Assembly: GCA_043814985.1 (NCBI GenBank)
Contig: JBDRJK010000019.1
Span: forward strand, 64,001-128,000
Reading direction: 5' to 3'
Length of the DNA stretch: 64,000 nucleotides
Source: Candidatus Aenigmatarchaeota archaeon
GTDB lineage: Archaea > Aenigmatarchaeota > Aenigmatarchaeia > Aenigmatarchaeales > Aenigmatarchaeaceae
Both the position numbers and the translations under genes were made by a program. Under the pieces are notes generated by a model that saw only the letters and a list, made by a program, of their open reading frames with translations, did no database searches and had not been told where the DNA came from. Below, in pieces: positions 19,412-28,194 of this stretch; the stretch's first letter is position 1; each line of letters opens with the position of its first letter.

Positions 19412-19657
19412 ATGTCCAAACGTGATCGTTTTAGTATACCAGTAGAGATTTTGGAAACATCTATAAATGGAGCTACAATGAGACAGATTGAGCGTGAAAT
19501 GTGTCTAGCTGATACTCTTTTTAAAAAATATGAACCAATGCTTTTAGAAGAAGGAACATTAGAAAAGAAAGAAAAAATATATATAACAACAGAAAAAGGC
19601 AAAAATGCTATAACAACATATCAAGAAATGATGGCATTGATCGAATCCAAGGCTTGA
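19412..19657 (+). CDS. winged-helix DNA-binding protein
   Basis: KRDRFSI..EIL...L.E.G.LE....YITTEKG is typical of small archaeal wHTH proteins. Confidence 0.75.
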   Translation: MSKRDRFSIPVEILETSINGATMRQIEREMCLADTLFKKYEPMLLEEGTLEKKEKIYITTEKGKNAITTYQEMMALIESKA

Positions 19658-19706
19658 TGATACCAAATAAACTTATAAATACTTCTTTAATTAATTCTGA
19701 ATATAT

Positions 19707-19822
19707 CCCCGTCTGGCTCAATGGTAGAGCGGTCGGCTGTAGCTTTTTACTGTTGTATTAAGCATTTAGCAACCGTTCAAACAGAAACCGACAGGTTGGG
19801 AGTTCGACTCTCCCGGCGGGGA
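19707..19822 (+). tRNA. tRNA-Tyr(GTA) with 44-nt intron (19743-19786)
   Basis: Acceptor CCCCGTC/GGCGGGG, anticodon stem GTCGG/CCGAC, T-loop TTCGACT, BHB helix CTGT/ACAG. Confidence 0.93.
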
Positions 19823-19866
19823 CTCTTTTCCTTTTTAGAAAAGAATAAATCTATGTTATCCAAAAG

Positions 19867-20184
19867 ATGAATATGGTATTAAAGAGAATTAGAAACTTTT
19901 TAGAAATTCACACTGACTACTTCAAACTATCCCTCAGGAATAGGAAAAAGTCTGTCCTTTGTCCCATGTGCAGCAAAAACATATCTAAGATAAGTGCAAT
20001 AGTACTTTGTAAAAAATGCGATGAAAAATTCTCTAAGTATTCTGATAACTTGAAAAGAACAATCGTTGAGAGAATAAAGAAACGTCCGAACAAAACCAAA
20101 TGCTCTTTCTGTAATGAAGGCGGTCTGAAATTGGATAACAGACTGATTTACTGTGCTGATTGCGACGTCTCCTTCCATCTCTAG
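19867..20184 (+). CDS. hypothetical zinc-finger protein
   Basis: Four CxxC motifs (CPMC, CKKC, CSFC, CADC). Confidence 0.65.
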   Translation: MNMVLKRIRNFLEIHTDYFKLSLRNRKKSVLCPMCSKNISKISAIVLCKKCDEKFSKYSDNLKRTIVERIKKRPNKTKCSFCNEGGLKLDNRLIYCADCDVSFHL

Positions 20185-20220
20185 AATAACCTTTAAATAC
20201 TTTTCAATTGAAATAAGGTT

Positions 20221-20339
20221 TGGTTGCCGATCAAAGAGTGTAGGCAAGACCCGTTCCCATTTCGAACACGGTAGTGAATCTACATTTCGATTTCGGTTGT
20301 ACTGTCGAAAAGATGGGAACCCGAAGTAGTTGGCGACCA
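20221..20339 (+). rRNA. rrf: 5S rRNA (unlinked from 16S/23S)
   Basis: Terminal helix TGGTTGCCGA/TTGGCGACCA, conserved core CCCGTTCCCATTTCGAACACGGTAGTGAA, GTACTG...GGGAA loop E region, ~119 nt, TATA box TTTAAATA at 20192. Confidence 0.88.
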
Positions 20340-20406
20340 CTACTTTTCTAAATATTCACAAACTAGAAAACTATTTAAATATCTTACGAAATAAAACAAT
20401 AGATAT

Positions 20407-20478
20407 GCCTCGATAGTATAGTGGTTAGTATACGGGCCTGTCGAGTCCGTGACCTGGGTTCAAATCCCAGTCGGGGCG
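20407..20478 (+). tRNA. tRNA-Asp(GTC)
   Basis: GCCTCGA/TCGGGGC acceptor, anticodon loop CTGTCGA, GGTTCAAATCC. Confidence 0.95.
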
Positions 20479-20489
20479 CAATTATATTC

Positions 20490-20747
20490 ATGGTCGTCAT
20501 ACTGAAGCTGAACAAAGGAACAGCAGAGAAGCTTTTGGAATTCACTTACATCAAGCCAGAGCAGTCTAGGAATCTCTCAGGCAAGGGACTGACATTGGAA
20601 ATTGATGATAAGGACTTTTTGATAGAAATACACGAAAGGGAAAAGATGATAGAGATAGCGGACTATAATGGAAGCTTCGGGATATGGTTCAAGCTTACAA
20701 AGGAGAAAGTCAAGAAATTGAAGGAAATAGCAAAAATGGGCCCATAA
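20490..20747 (+). CDS. hypothetical protein (stop codon lies inside tRNA-Lys)
   Basis: 85-aa ORF between tRNA-Asp and tRNA-Lys with genome-like codon usage. Confidence 0.6.
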   Translation: MVVILKLNKGTAEKLLEFTYIKPEQSRNLSGKGLTLEIDDKDFLIEIHEREKMIEIADYNGSFGIWFKLTKEKVKKLKEIAKMGP

Positions 20748-20859
20748 CTCAGTTGGTAGAGTGCCAGGCTTTTATCTGTTAGATAAAAGCATGTGTAACG
20801 CGAAAGCGTGATGACAGGAAGAAACCTGGAAGTCGTGGGTTCGACCCCCACTGGGCCCA
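20738..20859 (+). tRNA. tRNA-Lys(TTT) with 49-nt intron (20775-20823)
   Basis: GGGCCCA/TGGGCCC acceptor, CCAGG-CT-TTT-A...A-CCTGG anticodon arm, GTTCGACC. Confidence 0.92.
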
Positions 20860-20865
20860 CTTTAT

Positions 20866-20975
20866 GCCGAGATAGCTCAGCCTGGTGGAGCGCCGGTCTC
20901 ATAAAATCATTATGAGATTTGATCCCAAGATGATATGGAATCCGGAGGTCGAGGGTTCAAATCCCTCTCTCGGCA
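20866..20975 (+). tRNA. elongator tRNA-Met(CAT) with 36-nt intron (~20904-20939)
   Basis: GCCGAGA/TCTCGGC acceptor; U31.U39 opposition typical of elongator Met; GGTTCAAATCC; splice position 37/38 versus 38/39 is ambiguous. Confidence 0.92.
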
Positions 20976-20998
20976 TAATTCATTGTTAAAGTGATTGA

Positions 20999-21355
20999 AT
21001 GCACTGGAAAGAGAACTTCAAGGAAGGCAAAGAAATAATTCTTTCTACATGCTCCAATTCAGGGGAGCCCAATGCCAACATAGTCATTTCCTTGGGGTTT
21101 GCTGATGAGAAGCTGCTTGTAGCGGACTGCTAGATGACAACCACAATAAAGAACCTGAGGGAAAACAAGAATATCTGCGTGGTCGGTGGCTATTTCAGAA
21201 TAAAGGGAACAGTTGAAATATACGATTCTGGAAAGTACTTTGACGTTTGTTCTGAAATTCTTCGTGGGCAAGATGAAACACTTGAAATGAGGAATGCAAT
21301 CATTATTACTGTTAAAGAAGTTTTTGACTTGGAAAATAATAAGAAAATAATTTAA
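20999..21355 (+). pseudogene. pyridoxamine 5'-phosphate oxidase-like (split-barrel FMN-binding) protein interrupted by in-frame TAG at 21131
   Basis: MHWKENFKEGKEIILSTCSNSGEPNANIV...LLVADC*MTTTIKNLRENKNICV...FRIKG reads through in one frame. Confidence 0.75.
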
Positions 21356-22024
21356 TTACCAATACATTTTCTGCTCCTTTCCTATCTTCAGTCTGAAGTA
21401 GTTCAATAGGTAATACTTGAAGGCTGTCCTGTGGAAGCCTTTCTTGAAGCGCCTTGCAGAAATGAGCATGTACAATTCTTTACAACACTTGACCTTCCCC
21501 ACCTTTCTCAACCTGTTGCCCAGGTCAAAGTCCTCCAAAAAATTTAATCTGAAAGGATGCTTCTTCAGAATATCTCTTTTGAAGGCAGCGTTCGATGCGC
21601 ATATGCAAGGGTAATCCATTTTTGAGACTATCCTCAAAAACAAATCTCCCCATACTTTCAAACCGATCCTGGCCTCGGTTTTTGCATCATATGGGATTAT
21701 TGGCCCGAATATGCATACATTGTCTTTCATTAATTTAGATATTTTTTCAATCCAGTCATCGGGGGGACGGCAGTCAGCATCGCAATATGCTACTATTTCT
21801 CCTTTAGCAGTCTTCCATCCAAGGTTCCTTGCACTGGCAATTCCATTTTTTTTGTCCCTGACAACTTTGTCAGCGTATTTCTTGGCTATATTATATGTGT
21901 CGTCAATTGAATGTCCGTCCACGACAATTATTTCAGGTTTCAGAGTCTGCCTCTTCAAACACTGCAGACATTTCTTTATGTACTTTTCCTCGTTCTTGGC
22001 GCAGACCACCACAGATATTGTCAT
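21356..22024 (-). CDS. glycosyltransferase family 2
   Basis: ISVVVCAKNEE, VVDGHSID, ARNLG, DADC, ED. Confidence 0.92.
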   Translation of the reverse strand: MTISVVVCAKNEEKYIKKCLQCLKRQTLKPEIIVVDGHSIDDTYNIAKKYADKVVRDKKNGIASARNLGWKTAKGEIVAYCDADCRPPDDWIEKISKLMKDNVCIFGPIIPYDAKTEARIGLKVWGDLFLRIVSKMDYPCICASNAAFKRDILKKHPFRLNFLEDFDLGNRLRKVGKVKCCKELYMLISARRFKKGFHRTAFKYYLLNYFRLKIGKEQKMYW

Positions 22025-22069
22025 AAGAGAAATATGAAAAAACAAAATATATAATGCTTGTGCAAGAGT

Positions 22070-24700
22070 TTACTTCTTTGTCTTGAGTGCTGCCTGCGCA
22101 GCAGAAAGAATGGCTATTGGAACCCTGTAGGGAGAAGCGCTGACATTGGTAAGTCCTATGCTGTGGAAATACTTGACGCTTTCAGGGTCTCCACCATGCT
22201 CCCCGCAAACACCTATCTCAATACCCTTCTTCACCTTGTTGGCCTTCTTGATTGTTATCTCCATCAGCTGTCCCACCCCGACCTTGTCTATGGTCTGGAA
22301 CGGGTCCTTCTCTAATATGCCACTGTCTAGATAACATGAAATGAACTTGCCTGCGTCGTCCCTTGAGAAACCAAGGGTTGTCTGCGTTAGGTCGTTCGTG
22401 CCGAAGCTTATGAAGTCAGACTCCTTTGCAATCGCATCAGCTGTCAACGAAGCTCTCGGAAACTCTATCATGGTTCCTATCTGGTATTTTATCTTGCCTT
22501 GGGCTCCTGTCTCCTTGGCAGCCTTCAATATTATCTCCTTGATTTTTCTGAACTCTTGGATATCAATAATATTAGGAACCTCGATCATGGGTTTGGGATT
22601 TTTGCCCGCTTTTTTGGCTTTCAATGCTGCCTTGAAGATGGCCTTGGCCTGCATCTCACTTATTTCAGGATAGACAACACCTATTCTGCATCCCCTGAAG
22701 CCGAGCATAGGATTGAACTCATGTAATTTGGAAATCCTCTCCCTTATTGTCTTTTCAGGAGTCTTTGATGTTCTGGACAATGTCTTTATGCCGCCCTCTG
22801 TTTTGGGCAGGAACTCGTGCAATGGTGGGTCAAGCAGTCTTATTATCACAGGTTTATTGTTCATGACCTTGAATATTGCTACAAAATCACTTACCTGGTG
22901 TGGCAAGAGCTTGTCAAGTGCAATCCTCCTCTCCTTTTCATTGTCTGCTATGATCATTTCTCTCATTGAGTTTATCCTGTCCTCCTCGAAGAACATGTGC
23001 TCAGTGCGGCACAATCCAATTCCCTCGGCGCCAAAGTCTAGTGCCACCTTGGCGTCATGTGGGTTGTCTGCATTGGTCATTATCTCCATCTTCTTGACCT
23101 TCTTTGCCCATTCCATCAACACTCCAAACTCGTCAGATATGATAGGATCAATAACTGGAAGCTCACCCAAATAGAATTCGCCTGTTGTTCCGTCAAGCGT
23201 GATGTAGTCCCCTTCCTTGATTTTTATGAAGCCTACTGTCATCATGTTGTTTTCCTCGTCAATCGATATTTTCCCGCAGCCCGCAATGCAGCACTTGCCC
23301 ATTCCCCTTGCGACAACAGCAGCGTGCGAGGTCATGCCGCCTCTTGCTGTCAGTATGCCCTCTGCGACATGCATTCCCTCAATGTCCTCTGGTGATGTCT
23401 CGTTCCTAACAAGTATTACTTTCTCATCCCTGTCGCTTGACCATACAAGAGCATCCTCTGCTGTGAACACAACCCTTCCAACAGATGCTCCTGGCGATGC
23501 TGGCAGGCCCTTGCCCAGCGGCTTCTTCTTTTCCTTGGGGTCTATTCTTTTATGTAGGAGCTGCTCCAGTTTGCTCGGCGCTACTCTCATAATTGCCTCC
23601 TCTTTTTTTATGAGGCCTTCCTTGACCATGTCAACAGCAATTTTAACAGCTGCCGGTCCTGTCCTTTTCCCGTTTCTTGTTTGTAAAATGAAAAGCTTGC
23701 CCTTCTGGACTGTGAATTCTAAATCCTGCATGTCCTTGTAATGCTTCTCAAGCTTGTTCCTTATCTGATACAGCTGCTTGTAAATGACTGGCATCTCCTT
23801 CTTTAGCTTGTCTATGCTTTTGGGCGTTCTTATTCCTGCAACCACATCCTCTCCTTGAGCATTGATTAGGTATTCGCCGTAGAACTTGTTCTCTCCCGTG
23901 CTTGGGTTTCTTGTGAAAGCAACACCAGTACATGAGTCTTCTCCCATGTTGCCAAAAATCATGGTCTGTACATTCACGGCAGTTCCAATCAGACCCTTTA
24001 TGTCGTTTATTTTCCTGTACTTTATTGCTCTAGAGTTGTTCCATGAACTGAAGACAGCGTCAATTGCCATTTTCAGCTGCTTCTTGATATCATTTGGAAA
24101 GTCCTTTTTTGTTTCCTTTTTGATGACTGCCTTGAAGTCCTTTACCAATTTCTTGAGGTCATCAACCCCAAGTTCGTAATCATAATGTATATCCTTTCTC
24201 TTCTTTGCCTTGGTTATTATTCCTTCAAAGTGCTTGTGCTCCACATCCATGACAACATTCCCGAACATCTGTACGAACCTTCTGTAGGAATCCCATGCAA
24301 ATCTTTCGTTGCCAGTGTTTTCTTTTAATCCTTTCAACGTCTTTTCATTTAGACCTAGGTTCAATACTGTGTCCATCATGCCAGGCATGCTGACAGCAGC
24401 GCCGCTCCTTATTGATAATAGCAGAGGCCTCTTCACATTTCCCAGGCAGAAGCCCATCTTGTCCTCCAGCTTCTTTATGTTTTTATCAATCTGCTCCTGC
24501 AGTCCAGAAGGATATGAATTTTTGTTCTTGTAAAAGTAATCGCATGTTTCTGTTGTTATGGTGAACCCAGGTGGCACTGGCAGGCCCATTTTTGTCATCT
24601 CTCCCAGGTTTGCTCCTTTGCCTCCTAGAAGGAGTTTGTCCTTTGTATTGCCCTCTCCGAAGAAATACACGAATTTTTTTGATTTGGTGTTTGTTTTCAT
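22070..24700 (-). CDS. ppdK: pyruvate, phosphate dikinase
   Basis: GGKGANL, RSGAAVSMPGMMDTVLNLG, GGMTSHAAVVARG, GIGLCRTEHMF, SFGTNDLTQ, GVCGEHGG. Confidence 0.98.
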   Translation of the reverse strand: MKTNTKSKKFVYFFGEGNTKDKLLLGGKGANLGEMTKMGLPVPPGFTITTETCDYFYKNKNSYPSGLQEQIDKNIKKLEDKMGFCLGNVKRPLLLSIRSGAAVSMPGMMDTVLNLGLNEKTLKGLKENTGNERFAWDSYRRFVQMFGNVVMDVEHKHFEGIITKAKKRKDIHYDYELGVDDLKKLVKDFKAVIKKETKKDFPNDIKKQLKMAIDAVFSSWNNSRAIKYRKINDIKGLIGTAVNVQTMIFGNMGEDSCTGVAFTRNPSTGENKFYGEYLINAQGEDVVAGIRTPKSIDKLKKEMPVIYKQLYQIRNKLEKHYKDMQDLEFTVQKGKLFILQTRNGKRTGPAAVKIAVDMVKEGLIKKEEAIMRVAPSKLEQLLHKRIDPKEKKKPLGKGLPASPGASVGRVVFTAEDALVWSSDRDEKVILVRNETSPEDIEGMHVAEGILTARGGMTSHAAVVARGMGKCCIAGCGKISIDEENNMMTVGFIKIKEGDYITLDGTTGEFYLGELPVIDPIISDEFGVLMEWAKKVKKMEIMTNADNPHDAKVALDFGAEGIGLCRTEHMFFEEDRINSMREMIIADNEKERRIALDKLLPHQVSDFVAIFKVMNNKPVIIRLLDPPLHEFLPKTEGGIKTLSRTSKTPEKTIRERISKLHEFNPMLGFRGCRIGVVYPEISEMQAKAIFKAALKAKKAGKNPKPMIEVPNIIDIQEFRKIKEIILKAAKETGAQGKIKYQIGTMIEFPRASLTADAIAKESDFISFGTNDLTQTTLGFSRDDAGKFISCYLDSGILEKDPFQTIDKVGVGQLMEITIKKANKVKKGIEIGVCGEHGGDPESVKYFHSIGLTNVSASPYRVPIAILSAAQAALKTKK

Positions 24701-24848
24701 TAAATCTTTTACTCCTCTCAATGAGTAAATATTGATTTTTTAATATATTTAAAATTTACACAATAACCAACATTTATTTTGATGTTCAATAAAAGATTAA
24801 AGAGTTGTTATATAAATAAAATATCCAAGAAACATATATATTGAAAAT

Positions 24849-24922
24849 GCCTCGATAACTCAGTTCGGTAGAGTGCCTCACTTGTAATGAGGATGTCGGG
24901 GGTTCAAATCCCTCTCGAGGCT
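24849..24922 (+). tRNA. tRNA-Thr(TGT)
   Basis: GCCTCGA/TCGAGGC acceptor, CCTCA-CTTGTAA-TGAGG. Confidence 0.95.
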
Positions 24923-25067
24923 TCAGTTTTTTTCAGATATGGAAAATCCAGAATTTAAATTAAGGTCTTAAAACACTTTCAACGAGCATTCTCAAGACTT
25001 TTTAAAGCTTTCATTAGTTTATAAGATTCCGTATAATTTTATAAATGAGTTTTTCTCTATTCTTAAT

Positions 25068-26099
25068 ATGCTTCCTACGGTGAGTTTGATTGTTCCAGCG
25101 AGGAACGAGGAGAAGGTTATAGGCAAATGCGTAAGAAGTTTGTTAAATTTGGACTATCCCAGAGACAAGCTAGAGTTAATAGTTGCAATAGACGGCTCCA
25201 AGGACAGAACCTTAGAGATATGCAAGAGCTTTGGTAGGAGAGTGAGGGTCATAAAATCCTGTCCAAAGACATGCAAGGGAGACGCCTTGAACAATGTGAT
25301 ACCCAAGGCAAAAGGCGAGATAATAGGTATCTATGATGCTGACTGTATTGTTGATAAAAACTGCCTGAAACATGCTGTCAAGCACTTTTCTGATAAAAAA
25401 ATAGCAGGAGTTTGCGGCAATCTCAAGTCCCACAACAAGGAGCAGGGCATGATTGCAAGGTCACTGGCCCTAGAAACCAGCTTCATATCTTTCATAGAGT
25501 ACTTCCTTAACAGTCTCGGAGCCAACACACATTTCTTTGGAAAGAACATGTTCATAAGAAAGAATGTTTTGATGGATGTGGGCTGTTTTGACACTGAGAC
25601 TTTTGTGGAAGACGTGGAGATGTCAATAAAGCTGAAAAAATACGGTTACAAGACGGTTTTCGAGCCCAATGCAATTGCATGGAACGAGGAGCCGCCTTCC
25701 TTCAGAGCATTCTTCAAGCAGCGTATAAGATGGGCCAGAGGAGCTGCAAAGCTGCTTAAGTACAAAAGAAGGCATGGAAAGGAATTCTTGTCAGATGCAA
25801 TGCACGGCATATACTTCTACGTTCCACCTTTCGGTCTTATAACAGCAACTGTCCTTGCAATTGTTATGCAGTTCGGCTTGCCCTTTTTCTTGATACTTCC
25901 CTTTATTGTCCTTTTTATGTTCAACATGGTTCTGCTGGTTTATTCGAGGATAAAGTTCAAGGAGCCTATGGGAGATTTGCTTTATCTGCCGGTGTGGTTT
26001 GTTTTGAGCAATGTTCACTTGGTCTTGTTGCTCAAAGGCCTTCTAGATGAGAAAATGGAAAAGAGTGTTTCTTGGAATTCTGTCAGGGCATTTTCTTAA
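25068..26099 (+). CDS. GT2 processive glycosyltransferase (cellulose-synthase-like)
   Basis: DGS, DAD, ED and QRIRW (QxxRW) motifs; C-terminal TM helices. Confidence 0.9.
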   Translation: MLPTVSLIVPARNEEKVIGKCVRSLLNLDYPRDKLELIVAIDGSKDRTLEICKSFGRRVRVIKSCPKTCKGDALNNVIPKAKGEIIGIYDADCIVDKNCLKHAVKHFSDKKIAGVCGNLKSHNKEQGMIARSLALETSFISFIEYFLNSLGANTHFFGKNMFIRKNVLMDVGCFDTETFVEDVEMSIKLKKYGYKTVFEPNAIAWNEEPPSFRAFFKQRIRWARGAAKLLKYKRRHGKEFLSDAMHGIYFYVPPFGLITATVLAIVMQFGLPFFLILPFIVLFMFNMVLLVYSRIKFKEPMGDLLYLPVWFVLSNVHLVLLLKGLLDEKMEKSVSWNSVRAFS

Positions 26100-26141
26100 A
26101 TGTAAATATATAAAAACACTTGCATATTATTCTCTTAAACA

Positions 26142-26250
26142 GGGGTCATAGTCCAACCAGGCCAAGACGGCTGGCTCCAGTCATGGAGCTTTGATTCCGA
26201 AGATGAAAGGAAGAAACCAGCTGATGGGGGTTCAAATCCCTCTGACCCCA
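26142..26250 (+). tRNA. tRNA-Trp(CCA) with 35-nt intron (26181-26215)
   Basis: GGGGTCA/TGACCCC acceptor, GCTGG-CT-CCA-G...A-CCAGC. Confidence 0.92.
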
Positions 26251-26265
26251 CTTCATTGTGATTGT

Positions 26266-26664
26266 ATGGATTGTGTCTTTTGCAAGATTGTGAAGGGGGA
26301 GATACCCTGCCACAGGGTTTATGAGGACGATGAGTTCTTTGCATTTTTTGATATAAATCCTCTGAACCCAGGACATACTCTCCTTATTCCCAAGAAGCAT
26401 GTCCAGTGGGTTAATGATTATGAGCCATTTTGCAGTTACTGGCAAACAGCAAGGAAAGTAGCTAATGTGATACAGAAGGTTCTTGACCCTTTGGTTGTCT
26501 CCTATGTTGTATATGGTTTGGGTGTTCCCCACGCGCACATACATCTGATACCAAAGTTCGAGAACGACGAGCATCCATTGGGACCCAACCCTGAGAAGGT
26601 GCAGAAGATACCAGAAGAGGAAATGAAAAAAATCGCTGAGAAAATAAGAAAGTCTTTTAAATAA
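26266..26664 (+). CDS. HIT family hydrolase
   Basis: MDCVFCKIVKGEIP, PGHTLLIPK, VPHAHIHLIP. Confidence 0.95.
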   Translation: MDCVFCKIVKGEIPCHRVYEDDEFFAFFDINPLNPGHTLLIPKKHVQWVNDYEPFCSYWQTARKVANVIQKVLDPLVVSYVVYGLGVPHAHIHLIPKFENDEHPLGPNPEKVQKIPEEEMKKIAEKIRKSFK

Positions 26665-26687
26665 TTACAATTAAAATCTATTCTAGA

Positions 26688-26759
26688 GCGCCGATAGTCT
26701 AATGGTTAGGACTTCAGCCTTCCAAGCTGATAATCCGGGTTCGAATCCCGGTCGGCGCA
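26688..26759 (+). tRNA. tRNA-Gly(TCC)
   Basis: GCGCCGA/TCGGCGC acceptor, TCAGC-CTTCCAA-GCTGA. Confidence 0.95.
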
Positions 26760-26775
26760 CATTTTTGTGATTAAC

Positions 26776-28194
26776 ATGAGGATAGTCTTATGCACACCAC
26801 CATTCAGGACGACTGATTATTGCTGGCCACCTCTGGGTCTATTGTATATGGCTTCCTATCTCAAGACAAAAAGCAGCCATGTTGTGAAGGTCATTGACGC
26901 TTATTACAGCATGAATGAGAAGCAGTTTCTGGATCAAATGAAGAAGGAGAAGCCTGACGTGATAGGCTTCAGCTGTACAACTTACACATTCTTGAAATCA
27001 ATGGAACTGCTTAAGAAAATAAAAAATGCCCTTCCCAACACCACAATTGTTCTGGGCGGCATCCATGCGACATTCTTTGCTGACAAGATATTGAAGAACT
27101 ACAAGTTCATAGACTTTGTGGTCAGAGGAGAAGGTGAGATTGCCTTTACGGAACTGGTCAATAATCTGGGGAACAGGAAGAAACTGATAAATATCAATGG
27201 ACTGGCCCTTCGCGATAAAGGCAAGATAATAAGCAACGAGCCAAGCTTTATCTCTGATTTGGACTCCTTACCTTTGCCAGACAGAAGGCTTTTGGGGAAC
27301 AATGACTATTCACAGTACTGGTTTGGTCTGAAGCTTAACTTTGGAAAGTTCACCACGCTCCTGACATCAAGGGGGTGTCCGCACAATTGCAATTTCTGCT
27401 GTTGTTCCGCCCTGTTCAAGAGAAGATGGAGAACAAAGTCTGTAAAAAACATCCTTGATGAGTTGGAGGAGATGTACTTGCAGGGTTACGGGACCTGCAT
27501 TATTGTTGATGACAACTTTACCTTGAATCCCAAAAGAGTTGTTCAGATATGTAGGGGCATAAGAAAGAGAAAAATAAAGATGAATTTCCATTGCGAGGGA
27601 AGGGTCGACAGGACAGACCCCAAAATATTGAAGGAAATGAGAAAGGCAGGCTTTTCAACCATATACTTTGGGATGGAAAGCGGGGTCCAGAAGGCTCTTG
27701 ATTATTACAAGAAGGGGATTAAGGTTGAGCAAATCAAGAATGCTGTCAGGAATGTTAAAAAGGCTAGGATGAATGCTATAGGATCCTTCATAATAGGTTC
27801 CCCGGTAGAGACCAAGGAGGATGTAATGAAGACACTTGAATTCGCTTCTGGGTTGAAAATAGGTCTTCAGATAAACATACTAGAGCTTGTTCCAGGATCA
27901 GAGATATGGATGGATAATATTAAGAAGATGGGAAAGGACGACTGGAAGAAGGCGCATTTCATAACAGAATTCTATGACAACTTCACAAGAAAGGAGATGC
28001 TTTATTTTAGGGACTTGGGCTATAAGATGCTGTCTGAAAAGTGGATGAAAGTAAGTTCTGTGAAGGAACTGCCCAGCCTGTTGACAAGCTATAACGTAAA
28101 GGTTATAGTATCAAACATTTCCAAAGACCCATACTTATTCGTAAAACAGTTGAGCAAAATTCACAAAAAGGGTCTGTACCCTTTCAAGGTATGA
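26776..28194 (+). CDS. B12-binding radical SAM protein
   Basis: PPLGL, GGIHAT, GEGE, TSRGCPHNCNFC, GMESG. Confidence 0.93.
   Translation: MRIVLCTPPFRTTDYCWPPLGLLYMASYLKTKSSHVVKVIDAYYSMNEKQFLDQMKKEKPDVIGFSCTTYTFLKSMELLKKIKNALPNTTIVLGGIHATFFADKILKNYKFIDFVVRGEGEIAFTELVNNLGNRKKLININGLALRDKGKIISNEPSFISDLDSLPLPDRRLLGNNDYSQYWFGLKLNFGKFTTLLTSRGCPHNCNFCCCSALFKRRWRTKSVKNILDELEEMYLQGYGTCIIVDDNFTLNPKRVVQICRGIRKRKIKMNFHCEGRVDRTDPKILKEMRKAGFSTIYFGMESGVQKALDYYKKGIKVEQIKNAVRNVKKARMNAIGSFIIGSPVETKEDVMKTLEFASGLKIGLQINILELVPGSEIWMDNIKKMGKDDWKKAHFITEFYDNFTRKEMLYFRDLGYKMLSEKWMKVSSVKELPSLLTSYNVKVIVSNISKDPYLFVKQLSKIHKKGLYPFKV

Noticed and set aside
19743..19786. Guide element in the tRNA-Tyr intron
   Set aside because: No anti-anticodon stretch beyond the 4-nt BHB helix and no C/D-like boxes.
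21131..21133. Genome-wide TAG reassignment
   Set aside because: TAG terminates conserved genes at their expected ends (aIF5B, rpl21e, uppS, lysS).
26191..26265. N-terminal extension of the HIT ORF given in the ORF track
   Set aside because: It overlaps tRNA-Trp; the family start MDCVFC is at 26266.
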